Shown: positions 48,645-59,345, counted from the first letter of the stretch. The stretch: 64,000 nt of DNA from Candidatus Eiseniibacteriota bacterium (GCA_026388185.1 JAPLKG010000003.1:22871-86870); one strand, 5' to 3'. Translations and numbers: made by a program. The notes: a model not told the origin generated them from the letters alone.

Positions 48645-49367
48645 ATGCAAGAGACATTTGAAGTGATCATCCTCGTAGGAAGACCCGCTGCCGGAAAAAG
48701 CGAGATCATCGACTACTTGAAGAAGGAAAGCGTTGAGAGGAGGAAAGAGCGTTTCAGAATCGGAACGTTCGAGGAGATAGACGATTTCCCATTTGTGTGG
48801 GAGACTTTCGAGATTGACGACATCCTCTCGAAACACGGACGCGAGCGTATCTTCACGACGCCCGACTATTACTTCAAGGACCCCTTTACTTGGAATCTAT
48901 TCATCGAGAGAATAAACCTCGAGTTCGCGAAGAGACTCGCAGGGAATCCGAACTATCTGAGAGACACGACCTCGATAGTCGAGTTTGCTCGCGGAGGAGA
49001 AAACGGCTTCGGAGAGGCGTTCTCTCTTCTTTCCGACGAGATACTCACGCGCGCTGGGGTCGTGTACATAAACGTCTCCTACGAAGAATCCTGCCGCAAG
49101 AACAGACGCAGATTCGACCGGAAACAAGCCCACAGCATCCTCTTTCACTCCCTACCCGACGAGAAGATGGAGTTTTACTACAAGATGAATGACTGGCACA
49201 AGATCGCCCCGGGCAATGATGGGTACCTCACGATCAGGGGACAGGCCGTTCCCTTCTCTGTGTTCAACAACGAACCAGAGGTAACCGACAAGCCTGAGGA
49301 ACTTGGCCGGGCATTGGAAGACGTCTTTGGAAAACTCTGGACGAGGCTGCAAGAAAGGCATCGGTGA
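48645..49367 (+). CDS. Uncharacterised P-loop kinase-like protein
   Basis: IILVGRPAAGKS Walker A at N-terminus; RBS GGAGG. Confidence 0.75.
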   Translation: MQETFEVIILVGRPAAGKSEIIDYLKKESVERRKERFRIGTFEEIDDFPFVWETFEIDDILSKHGRERIFTTPDYYFKDPFTWNLFIERINLEFAKRLAGNPNYLRDTTSIVEFARGGENGFGEAFSLLSDEILTRAGVVYINVSYEESCRKNRRRFDRKQAHSILFHSLPDEKMEFYYKMNDWHKIAPGNDGYLTIRGQAVPFSVFNNEPEVTDKPEELGRALEDVFGKLWTRLQERHR

Positions 49368-49394
49368 CAGCCCCGTTCGCCCACGGTCTGGTGT

Positions 49395-50528
49395 CTACGT
49401 TCTGGTGGGTGCGCCGGAACTCGCAGCGTGTCCGGCGGCAACGTCAATCTCGTGTGCCGCCACGAGTTCGGCCACACGCTTCCTCTCGGCCACAGTCAAA
49501 AAGCCCACCGCAACGAGGATGAACGCAAGAGAAAACCAGTCCTGGATTTTGGGGAAGCTCCCTCCGCAGGCAAAGCAGAAAACCAGCGTGGCAGCAGTGC
49601 CGGCAACAAGCGAGGTGAGCCGGTTCACAAGACCGGCGAAGGTTGCCGTCCTGCCTTTGAACATGAAGATGAAGACCGAGAAGAAGGCGACCATGCCGTA
49701 AGCCATGCCGGCCAGGATCGCCCACGACCACATCGGCCTGGGATTGGTTAAGGCCCCTCTGAAAAGTCCGAGCTGGGCGCTCTCCCACCCGAAATGCCGA
49801 GGACCGTAGAAGAGAAACAACCCAACCACCACCATGGTTGTGCAAGCAGCAATCTGCTCGATGGAAAAGAACCACTTATTGTCGAGCTTCATCCCTTTGG
49901 CGCGCGTGTTCTTGTAGTAGTTCATTATGTAGATGCGGATGGCGTAAGCTGTGATGTAGCTGCCGAGAATCGTCATGGCCACGCCCGAACGCGCGAAGTC
50001 GAAGTCCCCCTCCTTGCGCCAGAATATCTGCACGCTTGCTGCAATCAACGCAAACACAACGCCTATGTTTTCTTCAACGTAGACCTTCTTATGAAGTATG
50101 CCCTTTTGAATCTGGACTGCGTCCACGGCGCGACTGATCACTATAATGCTGGCCCGCATGATCACCATCGCAACCATGACCGAGATGGGAAGGGAATACA
50201 TGAGCGTCGTGGTCGGGATCACAACCGCCGTGCATACACCGGACGGGATTATGTACAAGTACTCCCGCGGAAAACTGAGAGCGCCCCAATGAACCAAGTT
50301 GGTCGATTTGGTTCTAAACCAACGCAGAACCAACACGACGGCCACGCACAGGCTGGTTCCTCCCAAAGTGCTGTAAACCAGAAACTCGGTTTGCGTCATC
50401 CCCGGGAACCCGAGCTCCGGCTTACCCGTAAAGTACTTCACGGTGAATCCCGTGATGACGTAGAAGAAGAAATAGCTAAAGCACAACTGGAGCAGTCTTC
50501 CCGTACTACCTTCGGTTGTCTTCCACAT
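49395..50528 (-). CDS. Multi-pass membrane protein (DMT-like, about 10 TM)
   Basis: Alternating hydrophobic helices; start MWKTT inferred. Confidence 0.7.
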   Translation of the reverse strand: MWKTTEGSTGRLLQLCFSYFFFYVITGFTVKYFTGKPELGFPGMTQTEFLVYSTLGGTSLCVAVVLVLRWFRTKSTNLVHWGALSFPREYLYIIPSGVCTAVVIPTTTLMYSLPISVMVAMVIMRASIIVISRAVDAVQIQKGILHKKVYVEENIGVVFALIAASVQIFWRKEGDFDFARSGVAMTILGSYITAYAIRIYIMNYYKNTRAKGMKLDNKWFFSIEQIAACTTMVVVGLFLFYGPRHFGWESAQLGLFRGALTNPRPMWSWAILAGMAYGMVAFFSVFIFMFKGRTATFAGLVNRLTSLVAGTAATLVFCFACGGSFPKIQDWFSLAFILVAVGFLTVAERKRVAELVAAHEIDVAAGHAASSGAPTRT

Positions 50529-50727
50529 ATTCACTCGTCCTGTTCTGGAGGCAGAAGGCCAGGCGTCAGAGAAACCCGCAGGTCTTGACGCCAGCGACAC
50601 GGAATCAAAAGACTACTCCACTCCGCTTCTGAAGTCGAGATATTACTTGTCGAGCGCCCGGCCCTTTCTTCGCGTCAATTGAAGAAAAAACGCTTCGTGG
50701 ACTCGTCCAGTAAGCCTCGGCGCCAGG

Positions 50728-50883
50728 TTACTGCCGCGGCAGTAACCTGGTCATGACCAGCCACGGGAGACAGAGCCCCACACCCCAGACAACGTAGCGC
50801 CACGGCGCCACGAGGGCGTTGTCGCCGATGATTACGCCGCCCACGATTAATGTGAGCAGAAATGACACTCCCGCTTTGCTCAT
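50728..50883 (-). CDS. 51-aa two-TM protein, candidate immunity factor
   Basis: MSKAGVSFLLTLIVGGVIIG...WRYVVWGVGLCLPWLVM; RBS GAGGTG; ATG 8 bp after the upstream stop. Confidence 0.6.
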   Translation of the reverse strand: MSKAGVSFLLTLIVGGVIIGDNALVAPWRYVVWGVGLCLPWLVMTRLLPRQ

Positions 50884-50891
50884 CTGACACC

Positions 50892-51623
50892 TCACTCTTT
50901 CATGGCGATGTAGACACACACGGCCGCCGCCACCCCGCAACACGAACCAGTGCATTTCAACCACAGAGGGCCGGTGAAGGCACATCCGGCTATGCACGGA
51001 CCGCACGTGGCCACGAAACAATCGGCCCACTTCTTCTTGTTGAACTTGATCGCTTGCTCTTCAACGTCCGACTCATCGTCGGCAGAAACCAACTCCGTCA
51101 GCTCATTGGTGGCCGTGTCCACGGTCATTGCAAGGACGCTTCCGTCTTCTTCCCGGTAGAGCATGGCAGTGGCAAACCTGTCACCTCTTGGATTTATCAT
51201 GGGCACGACGAAGTATCCAGGACCGGAACTCCCGTCGGGCTCAGAAAGCTCAAAGGCCTGTTCGGGCAGTTCCACCATTCCGAGCGCCCGGCAGCGTGCG
51301 AGAATTTTGCCCGCCTTCGGCAACTCCAGCACCTGTCTCGCCCTATCTGGACCGGAGTCCACCGACGGCCACGGATTCGGGTTTACCTTTTCCCGCTGCT
51401 CTCTTGAGGTATCCGTCCACTGATAGGTTGAGTGAAAGCCTGCTGTTGCCGTTGCGCGGCCGCTATGATAATCGCGACCTGCCACGGTGTCAAACGGATT
51501 GACAGAGTGTATGTCGGCCCTTGCTGCGGCCGCCACTGCGAGGGCGGGCACGACTGACACGCAGGCAATGAAGAAAACCGAAACGACTACCGACGGCGTC
51601 GAAAATCTCCTTGTTCTCACCAC
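50892..51623 (-). CDS. Secreted precursor with C-terminal 8-Cys hydrophobic peptide (halocin C8-like architecture)
   Basis: RBS AGGAGG + GTG, signal peptide, pro-region, acidic linker, KFNKKKWADCFVATCGPCIAGCAFTGPLWLKCTGSCCGVAAAVCVYIAMKE. Confidence 0.7.
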   Translation of the reverse strand: MVRTRRFSTPSVVVSVFFIACVSVVPALAVAAAARADIHSVNPFDTVAGRDYHSGRATATAGFHSTYQWTDTSREQREKVNPNPWPSVDSGPDRARQVLELPKAGKILARCRALGMVELPEQAFELSEPDGSSGPGYFVVPMINPRGDRFATAMLYREEDGSVLAMTVDTATNELTELVSADDESDVEEQAIKFNKKKWADCFVATCGPCIAGCAFTGPLWLKCTGSCCGVAAAVCVYIAMKE

Positions 51624-52072
51624 AGCCACCTCCTCTTTCCAGAAACACCACGGACATGAGACAAACTCAGGGGGAACAACGGCCGCGCGCCTGCACCCTC
51701 TCACTGCGATCTGCGTTTACTCTGGACGAAGACAGGACAGAAGATCGACCGGCCCGAGGGCCTTCTGTTTCACGAAGCCGGACTCACACTCCGGCAAGCG
51801 CCGTGCCACGGCGACTGGAGTCGCGCTCGGGCTTGCTGAATGCTGTAACCAGGGTCGTGTGGTGGAGTTGTAGGGGCGGCCCGAGGCGGCGCGGGGCGCC
51901 TCGCGACGTTACCGCCGCCGCGCCCTGTAAACTTTGGAGGCGCCTCTGTCGACGAGAGTGACGGGAGCTGGGCAGGTGGGCCGTGGCGCGCATACAGGCC
52001 GCCCCTCGAGAAATCGGCTCATGCCTGCCGCGCATGCGGCCGACGGCGGCGCCCGCAATGAAACGCGAGAGA

Positions 52073-52576
52073 TTATTCGAAGCTTCGGATCACTCTGAGT
52101 ATCTCGTGTGGGTCACTCGCGCTTCGCAGCTCCTGGACGGCATTCTCGAAACGCAGTAAATCGGCGAGAGACTTGTAAACCCTGAGATAGAACACGTCGT
52201 CGCTGGGAGGGGCCGCCATCGGAAAGAAAACGTTCACTGGCTTTCCGTCGAGCGCCTCGAATTCCAACCCCTTGTCCGAGCGCGCGAACGCGATTACGAA
52301 TTCTTTTACCTGGACGGTTCTTACGTGAGGGAGAGCCACGCCGCCTCCGATGCCCGTCGTGGCCTTCTTCTCACGGTTGTGCAAGTCGCGGAAGAGGCGA
52401 CGAGAATTTCGCACGTTCCCCGAGCGGTCGAGGAGGTCTGCCAGGGCGGTCACTATTCTCTCCTTCGTTTCCCTGACCACTCTTTGAGGGCTCATTTCCT
52501 CGGGAAAATCAAGAGTCACGAGAGAATCAAGGTTGAGCTCAACAAGCTCGGGAGTCAGATACCTCGAAAGTCGCAT
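52073..52576 (-). CDS. PTS EIIA(Ntr/Fru)-like protein
   Basis: REKKATTGIGGGVALPHVR, F.ALDGKPV. Confidence 0.88.
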   Translation of the reverse strand: MRLSRYLTPELVELNLDSLVTLDFPEEMSPQRVVRETKERIVTALADLLDRSGNVRNSRRLFRDLHNREKKATTGIGGGVALPHVRTVQVKEFVIAFARSDKGLEFEALDGKPVNVFFPMAAPPSDDVFYLRVYKSLADLLRFENAVQELRSASDPHEILRVIRSFE

Positions 52577-54105
52577 CAGATGTCTCCCAAGGCCGGCGGC
52601 TGCGTGTCGCTCAAGCTATGCCGCGTCAGACGGTGCGCTCGGGTCGCTCGGGTCGCGGCGGAGCCTCCAACGGAGGGCGCCATCACGAGGCACGCCGAGA
52701 CAATGGCGGCGTTCAAGTACCAGTTATATCGCATCATGTTGTGACCGAACAGACCGAGTAAAAGCAAGAGCCAATAGGCGGCCAAACAGGCACGGCAGAC
52801 GGCACTGATACCCTTCGCTTCGGGAGTGTCCACCGAGGACAACAACGACCCCGCCCGTGCGGCCCCCCTCATACAGACAATCACAAAGCCTGCAAACGCG
52901 ATCAGGCCGAGTATTCCGGTCTCACCGCCTACCTGTGCCAACAGATTGTGCGCCTCGAACCAATTGCGGTTCTGCGGGGGCGAATAGATCATGCCGTGCG
53001 CGATGCCGAAATCCCCAATTCCTACGCCCAGGAGCGGTCTGTCCATGAACATCTGAGATCCGACTCTTAACCCTTCGATTCGTCCCATCGCAGATTCGGC
53101 CGCGGAAGCGTTCTTTTGGAACTCAAAGATGGTCAAGAATCTCTCCTTGTACTGCATAGGCATGGCAACCCATGCCCCCACGGCGACCAGCATGACTATG
53201 ATGCCCGTCAGCATCCTTCTCTTGTGCGTGATCCACATGTAGAACAACAGGAACAGAACGCCCAACATCCCTGACCTGGAACCAGTGAGAACCACAACGA
53301 CGCTCCCGGCGCAGATGACGCCAAGCCAGCACAGCCGCCAGAAGAGGTTTCGATTCGCTCCGATGCAATACAACCCGAAACAGACGGCGAGAACCAAGCT
53401 GGCGGCAAGCGAGTTCGGGTCCCCCCTCGAAAGAGAGTCGGTGGTCGCCCTGACGATGCCCATTGCAGTGTAGTTATAGCCCACGGAGTAGTAGAGCCTC
53501 AAGCTCTCCGCTGCCATCCACACATGCCCCAGCGCAAAAACCGACAAGAAGACAAAGAGCCTCCTTGGAGTATTCACCATTTGCGAAGTGAGAAAGGCAA
53601 GAACCCCCAACTTGAGAAGCTCAATCCATGCAGTGGCGGCCCCCAACTTCCACACCGCCGTGAAAACGGAGAGAAAACACACGACCACGAAGACGAGAAG
53701 CCACGAAGCAATGCCGCGCGAAACCGGCCAGAACCTTCTCCCCGCGGCAACCTGAAATCCCCAACCAACCGCGGCCAACACCGCGCACAACCTCTCGACG
53801 TGCAACGGCTCGAGCTGCACTATACCTTCTTGCGGCCTCACGGCGACGAGAAGCATGAAGAGTAGCAAGGCTGGAAAGGGGTTGAAGAGAAACCACAGTG
53901 ATGCGTAGAGTGCCACCGCAATCAAGAAGACCAGCAGAGGATCAAAAAAGAGAAGCATAAGTCCTGCGGTCACCGGTATCACAAACACCGCGAATATCTT
54001 GAAAAGCGTGCCAGGGTTTATCGGCGGTCGCGGGCCCGCACCCCGCACCCGTCCCGACTCAACCCGGACAGGCTCTCTTCCGTCTTCCGTATCGTGCTCG
54101 TTCAC
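52576..54105 (-). CDS. O-antigen ligase/polymerase (Wzy_C) family protein; start uncertain
   Basis: DPNSLA, TGSRSG, PLLGVG.G.F, AHN....GETGILG. Confidence 0.85.
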   Translation of the reverse strand: MNEHDTEDGREPVRVESGRVRGAGPRPPINPGTLFKIFAVFVIPVTAGLMLLFFDPLLVFLIAVALYASLWFLFNPFPALLLFMLLVAVRPQEGIVQLEPLHVERLCAVLAAVGWGFQVAAGRRFWPVSRGIASWLLVFVVVCFLSVFTAVWKLGAATAWIELLKLGVLAFLTSQMVNTPRRLFVFLSVFALGHVWMAAESLRLYYSVGYNYTAMGIVRATTDSLSRGDPNSLAASLVLAVCFGLYCIGANRNLFWRLCWLGVICAGSVVVVLTGSRSGMLGVLFLLFYMWITHKRRMLTGIIVMLVAVGAWVAMPMQYKERFLTIFEFQKNASAAESAMGRIEGLRVGSQMFMDRPLLGVGIGDFGIAHGMIYSPPQNRNWFEAHNLLAQVGGETGILGLIAFAGFVIVCMRGAARAGSLLSSVDTPEAKGISAVCRACLAAYWLLLLLGLFGHNMMRYNWYLNAAIVSACLVMAPSVGGSAATRATRAHRLTRHSLSDTQPPALGDI

Positions 54106-54140
54106 TGGCCGGTGTCTCCCCCAAACATCATCGCCGTCCG

Positions 54141-55178
54141 TTATCGCTCTGCAGGACTCCGGGCCGGACGCCCGAAGCCGATCATACCTCTCCAAAAACC
54201 GGCGAAAAGCCCCGCGTGAGTGATTAGCAGCGCCACGAAGATCGAGGGCATCAGCCGTAACCCGTGTCTCAAGGAGAGGACAAGAGAAGCCGATGCTATC
54301 AAGAGAACGTACGCGCACGCCAGGAAAAACAAGGCTTGTCCGGCTGCCATGAAAAACAGTGCGAGCACGGCGAGGGCAACAACAATGACGAGTGGCGTTC
54401 CAAGCAGAATCGGGCCCGAGGTCGCATCTCTGGGATGCTTCAGGAACAGCCTGGCGCGACCCGCACCGTAACGCGCCATCTGTCTAAACAGAGGGCCAAG
54501 ATCGTCTCTGGCATGGTAGCGGACCATCACGCGCGGGCTGGTGAAGGCCCTCAGCCCCGCCTTCCTTGCTCTTAGATTGAAGTCAACGTCCTCGCACGCA
54601 TCCAGTCTTTCGTCATAGTACCCTATTCGCTCAAACACGCGACGCGTGTAGGCTGCGCCGGAGCTGTCTGGATCGACGAGGTCCTCCTTCGCAGTAGAGA
54701 AAATCAGCGAAGAAGGATTGTGGCCGAGCCACGAGGTCCTCGCGATGACTATGGCCCTCTGGACGTCGCCCGATCCAGTCCACTCCAACGGCTGAGGTCT
54801 GCATATCACGTCTGCCGACGTCGTTCGAAAAAGGTCCGCCAGATTCCTGAGCAGAAACTCATCCGGAATCTCACAGTGACCATCTACAAACAAGACTGCG
54901 TCCCCCCTGGCCGCTCTGGCTCCAACGTTTCTCCCAGAGCTCGACAGACGCCGGGGGTTCTCGAGCACGCGGATGTTCCGATGAATCTTGCTCAGGCCTG
55001 CGGCGACGGACACGGTTTCGTCGGTAGAACCCCCGTCCACCACGAGAAGCTCAAATCTGTCTGGCGGAAACTTCTGCCTGCACAGTGCTTCCAGAACGCC
55101 GCCTATGTGCCTGCCTTCGTTCAGCACGGGAAGGACAACGCTGATGAAGATGGGCTCGGATGTGCCGTTGCTCTCCAT
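54141..55178 (-). CDS. GT2 glycosyltransferase (ExoA-like)
   Basis: ISVVLPVLNE, VDGGSTD, FVDGH, EDVDFNLR. Confidence 0.9.
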   Translation of the reverse strand: MESNGTSEPIFISVVLPVLNEGRHIGGVLEALCRQKFPPDRFELLVVDGGSTDETVSVAAGLSKIHRNIRVLENPRRLSSSGRNVGARAARGDAVLFVDGHCEIPDEFLLRNLADLFRTTSADVICRPQPLEWTGSGDVQRAIVIARTSWLGHNPSSLIFSTAKEDLVDPDSSGAAYTRRVFERIGYYDERLDACEDVDFNLRARKAGLRAFTSPRVMVRYHARDDLGPLFRQMARYGAGRARLFLKHPRDATSGPILLGTPLVIVVALAVLALFFMAAGQALFFLACAYVLLIASASLVLSLRHGLRLMPSIFVALLITHAGLFAGFWRGMIGFGRPARSPAER

Positions 55179-55184
55179 GAATCG

Positions 55185-56423
55185 TCACGCCCTCTCTACT
55201 GCGAGAGTCTTCGTGTAAACCTCCGTCAGGAGTCGGAGCTGTCCTTCGAAGGAATGTGATCTACGAATCGCTTCCTGCCCGGCTTGCCCCATGGCCCTGG
55301 CAAGTCCGGGATCAGACAACAATTCAGTGATCGCCCTCGCCAATTGGCCGCTCTCTCCGGGCGAGACAAGAATCCCGGTCTCTCCGTTAACGACAATTTC
55401 GGGGACGCCGCCAACCGCGGTCGCTATCACCGGCGTTGCCGCAGCAAGAGCCTCGAGGAGCACGTTCGGAAGCCCTTCCGTCAGAGAAGGAAGAACGAAC
55501 AAGTCAACGTTCCTGAGAGATGAAGCAAGGCCCGGGACATGGCCAAGGAAATGAATCGAATCGGCGCACCCAATCTTTTCCGCAAGTCTCGCGAGATGGT
55601 CTCGCAGGGGACCGTCACCGAAAACCAAGAGTACTGCCTCCTTCTCGCTGGCGAGCACGCGCGGCATGGCCTCAATGAGGTACTCTTGCCCCTTTTCGGG
55701 CGAGAGCCTCCCCGCGGTTGCGATTATCGTTTTCCCGCAGAACTTGCTGAACAGCGCCGAGAGTCCGTCGTCCGATCCCGCGTCCGCCGGCACATCGCAC
55801 TGCGCGGCCTCGCCTTCGTTTCGACGGTGCTCTGCGCGGTCATCCTGTTTCTCTCGTTCTACAGACACGGCATTGGGGACGAGCGAGACTTTGTTTTCCG
55901 GCAGACCTCGTGACGCCAGAACGTTCTGTTGCTCTCTCGAAACGACGACAACGTGATCCATCCGTCTCAGAAGCCAATTCTCGAGTTTGTAGTAGAGAGC
56001 AACCTTCAGATTCTCCCTCGTCGTCCCTCTCCAGAACGCAATCTGCCGCGCGGGAAGCCCCGCTCGTCCGACAAGACAGAGAAAAGTGGATCGATAGTCG
56101 TGCGTGCAAATCAGTTCGGGTCTCTGAGTCTTGAAGAGCTTTCTCAAACGAAGAACCTGCGTCGGATCGTAGGCGCTAATACACGGAACAGAGAAGGACC
56201 GTATCCCTAGAGCGTTAGCCCTCCGGGCAAGCTCTGTCTCCTTGCCGTTTTCGTAGAAGCTGCACAGTAGGGCCTCAATCTGAGTTCCCCGGAGCAGCTT
56301 CAGGTGCTCGACTATCTGCTTCTCGGGCCCCCCGAAAAAGTTGCTCGCGCGCACGTGCATTACTTTGACCTTGAGCGAGCCGATCATCCTGGACGAGCCG
56401 ATTCCGTCGGCAGAACCAACCAT
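55185..56423 (-). CDS. GT4 glycosyltransferase
   Basis: GGPE, GRLSPEKG, EGLPNVLLEA, VGGVPE. Confidence 0.9.
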   Translation of the reverse strand: MVGSADGIGSSRMIGSLKVKVMHVRASNFFGGPEKQIVEHLKLLRGTQIEALLCSFYENGKETELARRANALGIRSFSVPCISAYDPTQVLRLRKLFKTQRPELICTHDYRSTFLCLVGRAGLPARQIAFWRGTTRENLKVALYYKLENWLLRRMDHVVVVSREQQNVLASRGLPENKVSLVPNAVSVEREKQDDRAEHRRNEGEAAQCDVPADAGSDDGLSALFSKFCGKTIIATAGRLSPEKGQEYLIEAMPRVLASEKEAVLLVFGDGPLRDHLARLAEKIGCADSIHFLGHVPGLASSLRNVDLFVLPSLTEGLPNVLLEALAAATPVIATAVGGVPEIVVNGETGILVSPGESGQLARAITELLSDPGLARAMGQAGQEAIRRSHSFEGQLRLLTEVYTKTLAVERA

Positions 56424-56473
56424 GTTCCTCTACTTTCAAACGTCTCCGGTCCACGAGGACCATGATCCTGACG

Positions 56474-58675
56474 CTAGCTACCTTTCGGTATTGAACCACT
56501 CCTGGGTTGCATCAGTCTCCAGTAAAGACACCACAACTGTCTGAGCGCGTCCCTGAACAGGAATTTCTGATCCGCCTCCATTCTCGCGTGCGACCCCAGC
56601 CACGTACGCAGGTGAGAGTCCCTGAGAAGCCTCAGTATTCCCCTCCCGAGCATGGCGGGATCGTCCGACTGAACCAGCAAGCCGCTTTCACAGTCGGCCA
56701 CTATCTCAGCATTTCCACCCACGTCAGTTGCGACGATGGCGGAACCGGCAGAGCAATACTCCAGCAGGGCGTTGGCGCAGCCCTCGCTTCTCGAAGAAAT
56801 CACCGCCACGTCAAAGCCTGGAATCAGTGTATGTGCGTCCCGCCTGAAACCGAAGAACGTCACTGCCCCAGCGATGCCCAGTGACGAGGCAAGATTCTCC
56901 AGCTCTTCGCGAAGCTCTCCCTCCCCGAATATGCAGAAGCGTGACAGGGGCTCTTCCTTGAAGACGACCGACGCCGCTGCGATAAACACGTCCACGCCTT
57001 TCACGTATCTGAGATTGGCTACCATCCCCACGCAGAGTTCTCCCGGCTTGAGTTCAAGCCCCAGCTTGGCCTCGTGTGCCGGCAGTGCCACGCCCTGAGG
57101 CGCAACCATACCGTTGTGAATCACCAGAGCTTTGTGCCGGGGGATCTTCTCGTCTGCCCGCACGGATTCTTCTACGGCGTGCGAGTTGGAGAGAACGCAC
57201 GTGGCGAGCGTATCGAGCATTCTGACGAACACTACCTGCGGCCACGTGAACGCGAGACTTCTGATGCCTCTCCTGCTGGTTATTATCACCGGTACTCGCG
57301 CCAGACGCGCCGCCAGAGTGCCCAGCACGACGGAGTCAAAGAACGACAGGTGGACAACGTTTATTCTTTGCTTCCTCATCAGTCTGGTCAGACGCCACAG
57401 ACCCGAGACAAAGCCGGGGTCGAGTAGCTTGGCGACTCCAAGTATCGTTACCGGGCATTTGAAATCGGACGTAACGACGCCCCGAAGGGTGCACAGGAAG
57501 GGATTCACTAGATCCCTGTCGGCGTTGCTGATGGTGCTTTCGAGTTGAGTCTCCGTTCCACCCGCATATTGTGGATGCAGAGAGTCAATTACGTAAAGCA
57601 CGTTGATTCGCCCGTCGTGCGCGGCCAGAGATTTCAGTGTCCTTTCGCGTTTCGCACATAGGACTGACTCGACGGCGGAGAGACACGAAAACACAGGCAG
57701 CGGTAGTTCCTCGTATCCGCCGGGTGCCTCGATGCGCGGGAGAAGGAACGCGCCACTGGACAGCCTCACGACGCCACGCACGGTTGACAAGACCGCACGA
57801 TACCCGGCTTCCCGAGCGAGAGAAACGTCGAGCGGCCGGAAATCCGCTCTTGTTCCACTCGGAAATGCGAAACAGTCCACCTTCTTCCCGGCAATTTCCT
57901 CGAGAATGTGCTTGGACGTGAGGAGCTCACTCCTGGCCTCTTCTTTGGAGAGCAAGGAGAAGACTTCATGAGAGTGACTGTGAGAACAGATCTCCATCCC
58001 CGATTCAAGCAGTTGGAGTACGTCTTCCCGGGAGAGATAGAGTCGCGAGCAGGGGAGTTCCCTTTCCTTGACGTCGTTCACTCTGAGCAATTCCCTCACC
58101 GCAGCCTGCCTCCTGCGGGCAGGAAGATATCGGAGATACGCTTTGAGTCTTATTACTGCGGCCCTCTTGAGCGGGAAAGTGCCGGTTTCGAGTGACTCAA
58201 CGTAGTCAAGATACTTGGGAAGACGCACATTCTCCAAGCAGGCCACGAGCTCCTCCACCAAATCGGTCCATATAACGAAGGAAGGCTCAAGTGTTTTTGT
58301 GACTATGGAAACCGCCGCGCTGACGCCGTGATTTCGCAGAACGGGAACCGCATGAGTGAGAAAACTCCTTCTACCGTCGTCGAAGGTGATCGCAAGTGCC
58401 GGGGGCGTGAGTTCCCTCTTGCCCTCTATTGCGTCAAGTACGTGGCTCAGAGGAACCACGTTAAAATGTTTGGTGACGTAGCGGATACTCTCTTCGAGCG
58501 CCTCAGGCGAGATGCCGTAGGACAGTTCATCGCCCCTGGCCCAGACGTCGTGAAAAGTGACGATCGACGCTTGCGGGCCGGAGATCAAAGGGCCGACACG
58601 CGACGTTACGAATGGAAAGACGCCCGACTTCTCGCCCAGTCGGCAAAAACCACGCACCATGCGACGACTTTTCAC
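56474..58675 (-). CDS. Polysaccharide deacetylase - GT4 glycosyltransferase fusion
   Basis: AITFDDG, SHSHSH, FAFP then GGTE, ANLRYVKG, EGCANALLEY. Confidence 0.88.
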   Translation of the reverse strand: MKSRRMVRGFCRLGEKSGVFPFVTSRVGPLISGPQASIVTFHDVWARGDELSYGISPEALEESIRYVTKHFNVVPLSHVLDAIEGKRELTPPALAITFDDGRRSFLTHAVPVLRNHGVSAAVSIVTKTLEPSFVIWTDLVEELVACLENVRLPKYLDYVESLETGTFPLKRAAVIRLKAYLRYLPARRRQAAVRELLRVNDVKERELPCSRLYLSREDVLQLLESGMEICSHSHSHEVFSLLSKEEARSELLTSKHILEEIAGKKVDCFAFPSGTRADFRPLDVSLAREAGYRAVLSTVRGVVRLSSGAFLLPRIEAPGGYEELPLPVFSCLSAVESVLCAKRERTLKSLAAHDGRINVLYVIDSLHPQYAGGTETQLESTISNADRDLVNPFLCTLRGVVTSDFKCPVTILGVAKLLDPGFVSGLWRLTRLMRKQRINVVHLSFFDSVVLGTLAARLARVPVIITSRRGIRSLAFTWPQVVFVRMLDTLATCVLSNSHAVEESVRADEKIPRHKALVIHNGMVAPQGVALPAHEAKLGLELKPGELCVGMVANLRYVKGVDVFIAAASVVFKEEPLSRFCIFGEGELREELENLASSLGIAGAVTFFGFRRDAHTLIPGFDVAVISSRSEGCANALLEYCSAGSAIVATDVGGNAEIVADCESGLLVQSDDPAMLGRGILRLLRDSHLRTWLGSHARMEADQKFLFRDALRQLWCLYWRLMQPRSGSIPKGS

Positions 58676-58685
58676 GTTCGAGATC

Positions 58686-59345
58686 TCACCGTCCTTTCGA
58701 CTGGCTCATCCACATCTTTTCGGGTGGGAAGCTGAAGAAACTCAAACCAAGAAGAGCAAACCAAGAGATGACTCGCACCGGCTTGAAACTACATTTCTGA
58801 TAGGCCTTTATTGACGCCAGGTTCTTGACGCGAATGTGACAATAAATCTCCGTGTATCCCTTCTCCTTCATGAGCCCGGAAACTCTATCGATCAGAAAGG
58901 GAGCAACGTTCTTTCCTCTCAGCCTCGGGTCCACGTAGGTATCATAGATGAAGGCCACGCCGGGCGGGAGGTCGAACTCTTTCTTGAAGTCCAGAACGTA
59001 GACTCGCTCGAACCCGATCTTCATGTATCCCACGATCTCGCCTTCCATTCTAACGTGGGGCAAGAGATGCCTTAGCTTCTCGGCAAGCTCTAGCTCCCTG
59101 GGGTCAACGGTTCCCGGCATGTGTTGTCTCAAGAGCCAGGCCGTCGTCTCCTCCGGCCGGGAAAAATCTATCTCGACCGGAGCCGAGGTCGTGTTTGCAG
59201 GAAAAGTTACCGACAAGTCCCTCACCATCCAGATCGCTCTCTGGTAGTTCCAGATTCTCCGACGGATTTCTCGCAGGAGCGCCCGTGCACCTTCGTTTCT
59301 GCGGGTCTCCAGAGCCCTCTCGACTAGCGAACTGACCCAAACCAC
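58686..59345 (-). CDS. GNAT N-acetyltransferase; start uncertain
   Basis: IYDTYVDPRLRGKNVA, N.AS.KAYQKCSF. Confidence 0.8.
   Translation of the reverse strand: MVWVSSLVERALETRRNEGARALLREIRRRIWNYQRAIWMVRDLSVTFPANTTSAPVEIDFSRPEETTAWLLRQHMPGTVDPRELELAEKLRHLLPHVRMEGEIVGYMKIGFERVYVLDFKKEFDLPPGVAFIYDTYVDPRLRGKNVAPFLIDRVSGLMKEKGYTEIYCHIRVKNLASIKAYQKCSFKPVRVISWFALLGLSFFSFPPEKMWMSQSKGR

Noticed and set aside
51870..52040. GC-rich inverted repeats as an ncRNA
   Set aside because: Very high GC makes such pairings likely by chance; no recognisable motif
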